Source of the DNA: Selaginella moellendorffii
Taxonomy: Eukaryota > Plantae > Lycopodiophyta
NCBI RefSeq assembly: GCF_000143415.4
Contig: NW_003314300.1
Span: forward strand, 1,223,014 to 1,287,013
Direction: 5' to 3'
DNA length: 64,000 nt
The notes below the pieces were generated by a model. That model was not told the origin of the DNA and searched no databases. It worked only from the letters and a program-made list of their open reading frames with translations. Below, piece by piece: positions 25,963 through 37,299 of the stretch (positions are counted from its first letter, which is position 1; every line of letters starts with the position of its first letter). Made by a program: the position numbers and the translations under genes.

Positions 25963-26639
25963 TCAGGATCGAGAAATGCTTGTTAAATAATCACCACTTC
26001 ACTAAAGAATTTGTGACACACCTATATTTTTAATGTAGCATGTTTGTCATTGACTCTTTATAGTGATTGATTTAAAAAAATTATAAATTAACTAAAGAGG
26101 GGTTGTTGAGGAGGGAAATTTGAATAGCATAATCATGAAAGAATATTGGCCATTAATATTAAACAAAAAATTTTGCATTCAAAGGTTTTAGCTCTTAATC
26201 TTTGTAGAAGGGAGAAGTTTATTATGTTGGTGGTGCTGTGGAGTGCTAAAGCATCGATGATATATTATTTATTGTTGCAGTGGTAGATTTTAGATATATA
26301 TTGTGCTTACTAAGCACCAAACAAAAAGTGAAATTAAACTTTAGTAACAACCTTACTTTTAGTAACAAAGACAACTCATATAGCAACTCAGCCATAAGCA
26401 CACTCAACTTTAGCTTGCCAAAGAGTGGCTTGTCAATCCACAACACAGAAAAATATTTTTTGCACTTTTGTTGTACCTATGTATGAAATTTTTACATCTT
26501 TATTAAAGGATATAGGAAACATTTCTATAAAAGAGGACACTCTTGAGCTTGATTTATCTTATAGTCATCATTTTCCTTATCTTGTTTTCTGATGATAAAC
26601 TCCCATTTAAAAAGAAGAAAGCTAAAAACCTTTGGATGG

Positions 26640-28400
26640 CTGTGGATATGGATAAAGCTATATCTATTGTTGAAGAAGGCTCCAAATCAATTTGAAAATT
26701 TGCCTAAGAGTTTGGTGTGTTATATACAACACTCCACAATTGGTTTAATGGCAAAAATACAAGGCAAAAAGGTGGTAGCAACAAAATCTTCACAGATGAG
26801 GAAGAAGACACCATTATATATTGGATTATGCAACATTAAACAACTAGTTAGGGCATCTTACTGGCATCCTTGGTTAGCAAAGGCACTAAGAAAATAAATG
26901 GACAATTCACTCTTGGTTGGTGGTGTGGATTTAAAAAGCATCATCCTCAACTAAACTTGCATTCTTCACAGTCTTTGAAATGTGTCTGAGTATCTACAAT
27001 CACACCAACAGTTGTTAAGCTTTTTTATGCAAGGTGGCAAGCATTAATGGAGGAAAAGAACTATTCACCTAGTTGAATGTTTAATGTTGATGAAATTGGA
27101 TGTTTGCATCAAACAAAAATCAAGGCTATCATGTGGTATCCAACAAACAAGCGTGCATAATTTTTAATGTCATTCCAAATGAGTGTCAAAGAATGACAGT
27201 TATTTATGCTGTTATTGTGGATGGCCAAAAACTTCCAAATCACTATATATTCTAAGGGCATAATTGAGTAGTAGGCTGGTTGGAGTTGTGTGAGTTTGGA
27301 GCATCCATGCAAGTATAAGTTAATGTATAGATGAGAAATAATGGGTTTACCTACTTCCCAAACACTTTGTAAGAGTCATCCCAAGTGGCATCTCTCCAAC
27401 AAATCAAGTTTATATTGTGATAGGCAATCATGGTTGTGAAGAAGGCATTCAAATTAGGATTATAAAAGAAAAACTTGAGAAACAATTTGTTGGAATTTAA
27501 TTACAAAAGGAAAGAGCCCATGAATAAAAGTGCACCCTTTTTTTCAATTGGTTAAGAATATTAGGATACTTGGGGTTAAACATCCTTAGGTTTGAATAAT
27601 ATTAAGTTGGATGACCTCTCAGGAAGTCCAACTACTTCATACTTCACATCACATATAACTTTTTGATATGTGCTACTTTAAACCTTTAAAAGCAATATCT
27701 ATATTGAGTACTGCTTTAAACCTTTAAAAGCAATGTTCAAAGCCATCTATATTTAGTATATAAAGACAAAATTTGATAGATGCACTCTAACAAAAGTCTC
27801 AATAAGAATGCTAAATGTTATAGATGCTGAATTTCACATGGCTACATCTTTACAAGGCATAGGTAAAAACCTTTAAAAAGATGAAGACAAAGAGACTTAC
27901 ATTTTATAGAAGTGTAGATGACAATAACAATGATGATTTGGAGCCATTGCTAAATGTTATAGTTGTTGTGGATATAAACTATACAATGGAAGAAGCTCAT
28001 GGACCAACAATGGAAGAATTTATAACTCAACTTACAATGCCATTCTCCACTCAAACTTAGCAGCAACCAAATGCAAGAGAGAAGCAAAAATTCATCACTA
28101 TTCCCTATGAAACTTCACTCACTAATCTAGAATACATTACTCACATTGAGGAAAAAGCAAAGAAAGACAAGGTAGAAGAATATGCAAGAAGAAAAATTGA
28201 ATGGGAAGCTATAACAATTGAGAAAGCTTATGCAAAAGAAATTAAAAAATTGATTGATGAGAAGAGTTGATAGGAGAAGGCAATATTAAGGCAACTTAAG
28301 GCAAAACAAGTAATAGTAGTGAAAAAAGCACAAAAATTGGAGAGGGAGAAAATGAAAATGAACAAATAAGTTGGACTTGTTGCAAATAAAATTTCAAAGA
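26640..28400 (+). mobile_element. Decayed pogo/Fot1-like (Tc1/mariner superfamily) transposase
   Basis: HTH-psq-like KAISIVEEGSKSI*KFA*EFGVLYTTLHNW, CENP-B-like GWWCGFKKHHPQL, DDE-start MFNVDEIG and FDMCYFKPLK; many stop codons. Confidence 0.75.
27460..27635 (+). mobile_element. Older solo LTR of the 5S-bearing TRIM, inserted in the pogo transposase
   Basis: gaaagagcccatgaataaaagtgcaccc...ggttaaacatccttagg...ggatgacctctcaggaagtcc matches LTR 25768-25962. Confidence 0.75.
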
Positions 28401-29607
28401 GCCTTTCTAAATAGGGATTAAAAGTAGCAAGAATATAGAACAAACAACATCTTTTAGTCTCTTCAACAAGACTATAAGCCAACTATTGAGCCTAGGGAGG
28501 AAATTCTAGTGTTAAACAACCCTTAGCACTATGAGCTTGGAGAGCTTCTTTACAAGTAACTACCTCTACTCATTAATTCTTAATTGATTTTGCATACCTT
28601 AATCCATTGCATGTTATTGGTTCCTAGTTACCTAAAACTCAAGTGTGGTTTTTGACTTATTTTCTGTACTGTTTTTCTCGCTTGATTAAAGTGGATATGT
28701 ATGGATTTCCACCTTAATTTTTTTTTTGAGATAGCCCATAGTAAGCATATACCATGAGAAAAAAACAAGTTTGGATTGGAAAACTCATATAATACACTTT
28801 AAAAAATTCTGATTGGCTGGAGAGCAACCCTTATAAAGAAGTTCTGTGCATCCATAGATTGTTTCATTTGTATAAGCACCCTCTCTGCTTTTGGCACTTC
28901 AACAAACTCTAAATCACCAAGTAGCTCTAGTTCTTCCAAGCCTCATCCAAGCTCTCCTCCTTGTCCTTAAGTTTTTGACCACCAAGTAGCTCTAGATTGT
29001 CCAAGCTGTCCCTATCCACATTCAAACTATCAATCCTCATCAAAGCTCCCTCCTCCTCCTTGTCCAAACTGTCCCTCCTCATCAAAGCTCCCTTGATCAA
29101 AGCTCCTTCCTCATCCAAGTCCTCCACTGGATCACAACCATTCTCATTGTCCAAGTCATCATTTCTAGATGGAGCTTCTAAGAAATTTTTCGAAACTGAC
29201 CTGGTTCTCATCCTCCTGCAACGTGCACAATAGCAAATTTTCATCAGATTGAGCTTAGATCGAGATAACCCTAGCTAAGTGCTAATTACGCTTGGAAATC
29301 TTATAGGTGTTAATTTTCAGTTCCCAGCTAAGAAATTATAGTGTAATTTCTTTGCACTGCTAATATACATTTCCTACCTAATATTCATGCTTAGTAAATG
29401 TAAACATGAAAAACCATTTTGCATGTGTTTTTAATCTGTGGTTTTTTGGTTTTCTAGTGGTCCCTTCGATAACTAGAGAAAATTATGATGTACTATTTTC
29501 TTAAAGATTAAGTAGGCCTTTAGATTTCTTTGATCGAGCTCTTTAATTGGACCGGAGAGAAAACTAAGGTGGAGGTTCCAGGGTTAGGGTTTTAGCATGC
29601 CAGGGCA

Positions 29608-30816
29608 ATGCTGAGCTTGAAGAAATGCAGGGAGCGTTTGCTCGTACCGTGCAATGCGAGGCTCCTGGCGACTGGCACGGGAGGCGGCGGAGGCGATTCC
29701 AAGGGCGGGGGCCGCAAGGGCGGGATAGATTTTGATGCGCTCTTCAAATCGGTGAGTAGGCCACAGGAGAAGAAGGAAGGGGCGGGCGAGCCGATCGATT
29801 TCAAGAAGCTGTTTGGGAATACTGTGGCGGACAAGAGCCAGTTCAAGCTGGATCTCACGCCCCCCAAGCGGGAGGGAGGGACGATCGACAGTGAAAAGCT
29901 CAAGATTGATCTCAGCAAGCTGTTCGCTGATAGTCCTGGCACTAGAACAACGCCTGGCGATGGGGGTCTCAAGGGATTCAAGCTCGATTTGTCCAAGATC
30001 AAGAGCAAGGCTCCTCAATTGCCACCGAAAGAAGGAACTACCAGCGCCGCTCAAGATGTTGCGTGTACCTTCTTTTTTTCCTTGCCTTCAGGAATTTTGA
30101 CTATGCTCTTCGTTATTTGCAGTGAAGAAGATGGGCATTTTGAACAAGTTTGCTGATGTCACGGGCCCGAGTCTCAAGCCTGTTCCTCCAAAAGATCATC
30201 TTTTGGAGAAGGTTTTGTTTTCCTTTTTGTCTCGTTTTTATCTTGCTCCTTTTTCCTGCCTCTTGCAGTATCTTGCTCCGGAGAATATGTCCGCGGCCGA
30301 GTTTCAAAAGATCGAGCTACAGAAAGTGAGAAACGAGTTTAAGCTGCATGATGCCGACTGTGGTTCCTCTGGAGTCCAGAGTGAGTGTTTTCTATTCTCC
30401 TTTTCTGGTTTCTTCACTTATTCATCGTGCCTTTGTTTTACTCCGAAGTGCGGCGCTGACGAAGAAAATGAGCTTCCTTTCCAAGCATCTTATGACACAC
30501 AAAAAGGCAAGCTTGTTTGATTTATTATCTCGAAGGACGCAAGCTAAGAAATCTGGAAATGCAGGACGTCCCTTCGCGTCGAAGCATGAACACAATGGTC
30601 CAGAGGCGGAGAAAGCTCATGATTTATCTCCGGCGCACCGACTGGCCGATGTACTGCTACGTGATCAGCCGATTGTTACTCAAAGATAGGATCCAAGTCT
30701 CCAACCGAGCGATGCAAGCGGGCACCAAGAAGAAAACCATGAAGGACAAGCGGCGAAGGAAGAAGAGGAAGGTGAAGAAAAGCGAGAAATACAGGAAGAA
30801 AGCTAACGACGTTTGA
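29608..30816 (+). CDS. Organellar (probably mitochondrial) ribosomal protein uS15 family, multi-exon
   Basis: YLAPENMSAAEFQKIELQKVRNEFKLHDADCGSSGVQ, DVPSRRSMNTMVQRRRKLMIYLRRTDW; telo-box upstream at ~29584. Confidence 0.88.
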
Positions 30817-31807
30817 TTGAGGTACGAGACTTACATTATTTATTCTTTCGAATGTCCCAAGCTTTAGAAAATGTCTTTCAGGCTTGAAGCGACTTGGAAA
30901 GGAAATTCCCTGTACAATCTGTGGCAGACTAGCGCTCCCAGCTTTCACTGATTTCCTTGAGCTCATCCCAGAAAGGTACCTACAAAGTTCGAGTTTTGTG
31001 GGATAACTTTGAAGTCTCTGTTTTGATTGAGCTGAAGGACTAGAACTCGAACTTTATAGGTGTTTTCATTCTCGTCATGATCCCTGGCGATATCTCTCCA
31101 GCTCGAGCAGTGGTTTGGCAACCAAAACCTCGCTCTCATTGATCGAGCTCGAGTCTGGAGCAAAGCTCGGGAGCACGATAAACTTTCCCCGTGAATTCTT
31201 CACTTGATATCACCGCATTCCACATCTTGGCATCGTTGAGTCTCGTCTAAATCCTCCCTGTCAAAGCTCGGGTCCGGAAGAGCATGCCTAGTCGGAAATC
31301 GGAATAATAAAGCTTTACAAAGCTTGATTTTTTGTTTCCTGGGTCCAGCCCTGATCCCGTTATGCTCTTGACTCGCCAAAAGTAGTTGATTGCTAATTAG
31401 ATGCATATATTGGGAATGTAATCTATAGAAAAAATGGTCCATATACGACATGTCAGATGGCATATCACTTCAATGACTTTGAAAATGTATTTTATAATGG
31501 GTTAGGGGTTGATTGATTGTGGAAAAGGTTAAAAAAGGGTTAGTAGTGTAGGGTTTGATTGTAGAAGAGTAAGGCGAGCAATTGCAGAGGCTGCAATTTT
31601 GGCAGGGTTGCCAATTGAGGTTGCAAGGCATCTTTTTGGCAGCAGTGAGTGCATGTGTGGGATAGGGCAACCAGTGTGGAGTAGCCATTGTTTTGGTGCA
31701 GGAAGAGATTGCAATAAAAAATATCAATGGCAAACCAGTTCACAGGTATAGTTAAAGTGGTTTGTGTGCATAACTATCTTACACCTCTACCACTTTTTTG
31801 TTGGTAG

Positions 31808-32436
31808 CAATGATATCAGAAGGGTATCATTGCAAAGGGCATAAACATTTAGCTGAGCAATTTGCACAGTTTCTTGGTGATGATGCATTGATAGTGAAGG
31901 TTACAAAGACGCACTTTTGTCAAAGCCCCATTCTAGTAAGCTATTTTCAAGTTTATATTCTTTTATTTCTTGCCTTTTATTGTAGAGTGTGAAGCCAAGT
32001 TGGGGGCTTGCAATGTTTGGACATACTAAGCACATTGTGGAAGTGACTTGTGGTGATAATGGTATGTAATTCCATATAAATTTTGATATCATTAATGGGT
32101 TCTTCTTTTTCTTTAGGAAAAACATTTACACTCCGATGGGGTGGGAGGAGGGAATTCCTAGGAGGCAAGGATTGGCTGTACTATTGTGATAATCGTGGGC
32201 TAAAGGTTGATGATTATATTGTGCTTTACTCCCCAAATCCAGATAACATGCATATTTGGGCTTTTCCTTCTACAATTGCATCTCAAGTGGTACAGAGGCC
32301 TTTACCACTCAATCTATTACATGTTACTGCACCATCTATTTCTATGGAGACTGGTGTGGTAGTGAAGGAGATGCAAACACCACCTATGCCTATGATAGAA
32401 CAAGTTGCAAGTGCTGAGTGCACAAACTTTTCCAAG
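31808..32436 (+). pseudogene. B3-like DNA-binding domain gene or fragment, 3 visible exons
   Basis: Spliced VKVTKTHFCQSPIL/SVKPSWGLAMFG..IVEVTCGDNG/KTFTLRWGGRREFLGGKDWLYYCDNRGLKVDDYIVLY fits the B3 pattern (W..F...N.L..GD.LVF). Confidence 0.5.
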
Positions 32437-32606
32437 TAAGTATTTTTTTTTGTCATGGTTTACACAATTTAAATTTTCTTTGTAGGATCATAGTGGCTAA
32501 TGATAAGATGCAAGTTAAGGGTGTCATGCAACCAAGGGCCGAATTTCCTAAGTTATCTCACTTACGATTTCTTGCATGGTGAGACACTTTAAAATAATGA
32601 TAACCT

Positions 32607-32938
32607 TGTTGTGTGGTATGCAATATAACCATAAACTTAGTGGTAAACCACTAATAAGCTAGAACACATATAGTCATTTCTTATATATACAATAAATAAT
32701 TGTATAGTATAACTATTGTAGTGTATGATAATTTTCTTATCTCTTTTTATAGTAGGCCATGGTGGGTAATGTTGTGTGGTATGCAATATAACCATAAACT
32801 TAGTGGTAAACCACTAATAAGCTAGAACACATATAGTCATTACTTATATATACAATAAATAATTGTATAGTATAACTATTGTAGTGTATGATAATTTTCT
32901 TATCTCTTTTTATAGTGGGCCATGGTGGGTAATGTTGT
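32607..32938. repeat. 163-bp near-perfect tandem duplication
   Basis: tgttgtgtggtatgcaatataacc... at 32607 and 32770. Confidence 0.95.
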
Positions 32939-34847
32939 TTGATGGTATATGATTCTCCAATAGCACTTGTGCTAAAGTGTTATTTTCTAGTATTGCTTTA
33001 CTTCTTTCCTCTACCCTATCTTTTTTTTAAGTCTAAATACTGGGCAAAATTACTTTTAATACATGTGGTTTTGACTTTATACCTTATAGTGAAATACCAT
33101 AGAATAATCATGGAGTGAAATCTAACCTTTAAACACATGTGTTAAGGGTAATGAGTGAGACTTAAGTTCCAAAGCTTTGAACCATTAAATAAAGGGATGA
33201 AGCCAAACTCCCAAGTGTTACAAGGAGTGAAAAAATAAAAGTACAAAATAACATTAAAATAGTCCTAGAACTTCCAACTTCCCAATGTTAATGTTAATAC
33301 CAATACATAAAATAAAGCTAAATGAGTCTGGCGCTATTTCAATATACAGTAGGTTAACACAAGGATATAGGTACTCCACTAATTAATATGGTATGGAATT
33401 TGAACTTATATCCAAGTTAGATAAAAAGTAAAGATAAACACACCCAATGAAGAACTAAATATGTCTTTGGTTGATTGGCTATAACCAATTTACCCACCAT
33501 CTCTACTATACATTTGGAACATTGTAATCATAGGATGAAATTTGTATCATATGGATCTTTAGAACCTTGGGACATAAATGGAGATAAAATAATTACTATA
33601 GGATTTTTCATTAAACAATTATAATTAGTTTAAAGGGAGAAAGATAAAGTGCATCATATATGGTATTGGAGCAAATGGTAGGGGTTTGATTCAGTGGCTA
33701 TTTAAAATATAATATACCCTTGAGTAAGATATATTCTTACTCTTAAAATTGAAATCATATATATTGCACATATATGAATACATCCTTTCATTTTGTAGGC
33801 GTCCATAGATAAAGAGACCCACCATGAGATTGCAGTATGGGTGGATGATTAGTTCTAATACATAGAATAACTAATTTACACAATTGAAGGAATAGATTTA
33901 GTGTAGAAATGAAGGTATTTATTCCCCTTAGCTTAATAGAAGTTGTTAGTTAATGGTTAATGAGGATATTGACATTTCTAAAAGGGGGGTGAATGTAAAG
34001 TATGTGATCATGGGATGAGATTTGAATAAATTGTTACTATAGATCTTTAAAACTTTGGAGGATAAATGGGGATAAAATAGCCACTAAGGGCTCTTTTATT
34101 AAGCAATTGCCCCTTTTCCAATTGGTTTAAAGTGAAAGAAATAAAATGTATCACATTGATATCCTTGTCAATGCATATTCTAGCTTAGACCATTACTAAC
34201 AAAACAACTAGAAAAAAATTCACGATATTCATATTTTGTGTGATATACACCAACTTAAATGAGTTATAAGATTATATCTTTATTTACAAAAAATGTGCTA
34301 ACACTCATATAATCTGATTATAAATAAGAAGGAAGTGAACTATGGAGTCAGCTGCTTTTGTTGTTCTAGTTGTCATTCAAGTTATAAAAATGATATGCCT
34401 TTGTTTATAAGTGATATAGAGAGAGAAGCCACCCCTTAGCAAACAAGCCAAACTCGTTAGTAAGGTTTAAATAGACTATTATAAACAAGTAGTTAGAGTT
34501 GTTTACATAGTCACACCCTTTTCACAAATAAAAATATCAAGAGAGAAGTAGGTGATATGACTAAGAGATAATAGCTTTCCTATGATTAGAGATTTCAATA
34601 AGCACATAAAGTGTTAAAATGTAGCATATGTGGTTTTCATTTTTTACCCTATGATAATTTACCACGGGATAACTATGAAGTGAAATATAAACCCTTAGCC
34701 ACATGTGTAAAGGCAATAGAGTGGAACTTAAGTTTTAGGGTGTTGGGCTACTAAACACTCCTTCAACTCACTATTTAGGAGTCATTTTGTACTCTAGTTC
34801 CTTCGTTCTTTTGTTGTATGCTTGAGGATAATCTTAAAACACCTAAG

Positions 34848-35294
34848 TGTAAGCAACCAAAGGAAACGACTCGAGAGACGATCTATGGGGTTCAAATATA
34901 GAGGGAAAGGGCTCATGAATAAGAGTGCACCCCTTTTTCCAATCGGTTAAGGGTCTTGTGGAGTGGTGCCCCACTTGAGTACCATGCGGCTCATTGGTCC
35001 TCGCCCTTCCTAGGGGCTTGGGCCTTCCTTCGGGATGGAAGTGGGGGGATAAAGGTACCCATACCGGGCCGTTAGGCCACGGTGTTTCACCCCGGCGTCC
35101 CGAAGCAAGTGTTGCACTCAAGACTTGGGATTTAGAGGGTCCCATGATCAAGTCTTGTGGTACCAAAGGATGTTAGGAACCTGGAAGTTTGGTGTGCTTG
35201 GCTGCTTGTGCTTGCGGGGAGTGTAGCCGAACCTTAAGTCCAGTCTAACCCGGGGAGGGGGATTGAGAGTGATTTGGGAATCCGTGGAGCTTAC
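34848..35294 (+). mobile_element. Solo LTR (447 bp) sharing its first ~110 bp with the TRIM LTR but lacking the 5S segment
   Basis: TGTAAGC..GCTTACA termini, TSD CTAAG on both sides. Confidence 0.85.
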
Positions 35295-35549
35295 ACTAAG
35301 TATCCCAACATCAAGACCAACATGCAAAATAGAGTTAAACATGGTCTAACAATATTTTAGTATACTAATAGTCTAACATAAAGATACAAGTACTCCATTA
35401 GTTAGCATCTAGATTATAATTCAGATTGGTTGGCTATGCTGAGGGTAAACCATATTTGAGCTCAAGAGTTGAAGAGTTGAGCTCAAGTTTCAATTATAGT
35501 TTAATACAAATATTATAAATTTTAAAACATTAAGGTTATGGCAAACTTA

Positions 35550-36095
35550 ATAGCCCCTCAAACCACTAAAGTACTTGAGGTCAAGCTTAAGCACTTTAGC
35601 TGCCTAGGGGGCTAAGGTTATTTAAATAAATTCCACCCTCTAGGCCACCAAAGTGTCTAAGGTTGAGCTTAGGCTGGCCACCTCAGGCACTTTGGTGGCC
35701 TAAAGGGTTGAAGTTATTCAAATAACCTTAGCCCTTCGAACCACCAAAGTGCCTAAAGTCAAGTTCAAGCCAGCCACCTTGGGCACTTTGGCCTCCCAAG
35801 GGGCTAAGGTGGCCCCTTGGGCCACTAAAGTGCCCAAGGTTGAGCCATCATAAGCACTTTGGCCGCCTGAGTTATTCAAATAACCTCAGTCCTCTGGGCC
35901 ACTAAAGTGCCTGAGGTCAAGCTTGGGTTGGCCACCTCGGACACTTTAGCTGCCCAAGGGGTTGAGGTTATTTGAATAACTTCAGCCCCTTGGGACTCAA
36001 GTGCCCAAGGTTGAGCTTTGGTTGGCTACCTCGGGCACTTTAATGGCCTAAGGAGCTGAGGTTATTCAAATAACTTTGGCCCAAAGTGCCTGAGA
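35550..36095. repeat. Decayed ~96-bp palindromic tandem array
   Basis: Recurring ggttatt..aataacc and aaagtgcc..ggcacttt; reverse-oriented homolog of 48508-49067. Confidence 0.85.
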
Positions 36096-36100
36096 TGGAG

Positions 36101-37215
36101 TGTGGGCACGTGGTTTTGACCCTTTATCCTATAGTGATTTACCATAGGATAACACCATGAAGCGGAACCTAAACCCTCTTTGTGCCATGTGACAGATGCC
36201 ATGTGTCATATGCCACGTGTCCATAGGACATGTGGTGTGGAACACGAAGTTCAAAGCCTTGGCCACTGAACGAAGGAATGGTGCCGAACTCCCAAGCATG
36301 AAGCCAAGGAGCAATGGAACCGAACCACGGAGCAACTCCCAAGCATACAGCCCAAGGAGCAAAGGGGCAGGAGCCCGGAGCGACTTGGAACAGTCCTAGA
36401 GCAACTAGCATCCCAATGCTAGGACCAGCATGCAAAATGGAGCCAAACGGAGTCTGGCGCTATTTCAACATACCGGTGGCCTAATGCAAGGATATAGGTA
36501 CTCCACCAGCTAGCATGGAATGGAACTTGGGCTTAGACCCAAGCCAAACACAGAACAAGGACAGACACGCAAGCAGGAGCTAGACTATGCCTCAGGTTGG
36601 TTAGCCATGCCCAACCTACCCACTATCCCTACCCCTTGAGGAACACACGCTTTGGGCTTTCACCCCAAGCCTCCCTTAGTATCAAGAGTTAGTCTCTGGG
36701 ACAAGCTCGAAACTTACTAAATATGGAATGTCTCTAGATTGTGAATTTAAACACGGGACGAACACCATTGTGTTTAGGTTGACCTCTACATTCTGTAGAT
36801 ATGCCAAATGAGCACACTTTCCATAAATAGCATTTGGGATCGAAATGAGACTAACACAAAGGGCATGATAGTGAGGGTGTTTGGCAGACACGGTAAGCTA
36901 TCATCTAGCGAATATTGAAGGACTAAGCTCAATATCGCGGGGGTTCCCAACACTAGCAAGTGCAAGTCAACGAATGAGTTTCTCTAACTAGGTCAAGTAT
37001 GCTTGACTAAATAGACACTTAGGAATTCCTTCCTTATGCTCATTTGGTCAAGTGCACATGCGAAGACCAGCTTCTCAACTAGTTTAGGCGGAAACTGATA
37101 ACGGGCCCAGCAAAACCGACCTCCTGCCATCGTGGCAGTAAGGTAAGAGTGTCCGTAAAGACTAGTCGACAGGTAACTTTCGATACCCAAAGTCACATTC
37201 GCGATAGGGCCTACT
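36101..37215. mobile_element. LTR-like insertion; older partial copies at ~33060-33500 and ~34625-34790
   Basis: Shared blocks gtggttttgac..tatagtga..taccata and agtctggcgctatttcaa..caaggatataggtactccac; no clear TSD. Confidence 0.5.
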
Positions 37216-37299
37216 TGATATTTTTTTGTTTTGTCTTTGACTGTTTGAATTTTTTATTAACTTTGTTTGGTTTGATTAACAAAATTTATTTTTTTGTAG

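Noticed and set aside
28927-29244. 105-aa acidic ORF
   Set aside because: Low-complexity ctcatcaaagctcc repeats with no domain; probably a TE remnant.
36890-37215. Hammerhead ribozyme/retrozyme in a hairpin-rich LTR-like segment
   Set aside because: Hairpins are present, but I could not identify a CUGANGA...GAAA core with correct stems.
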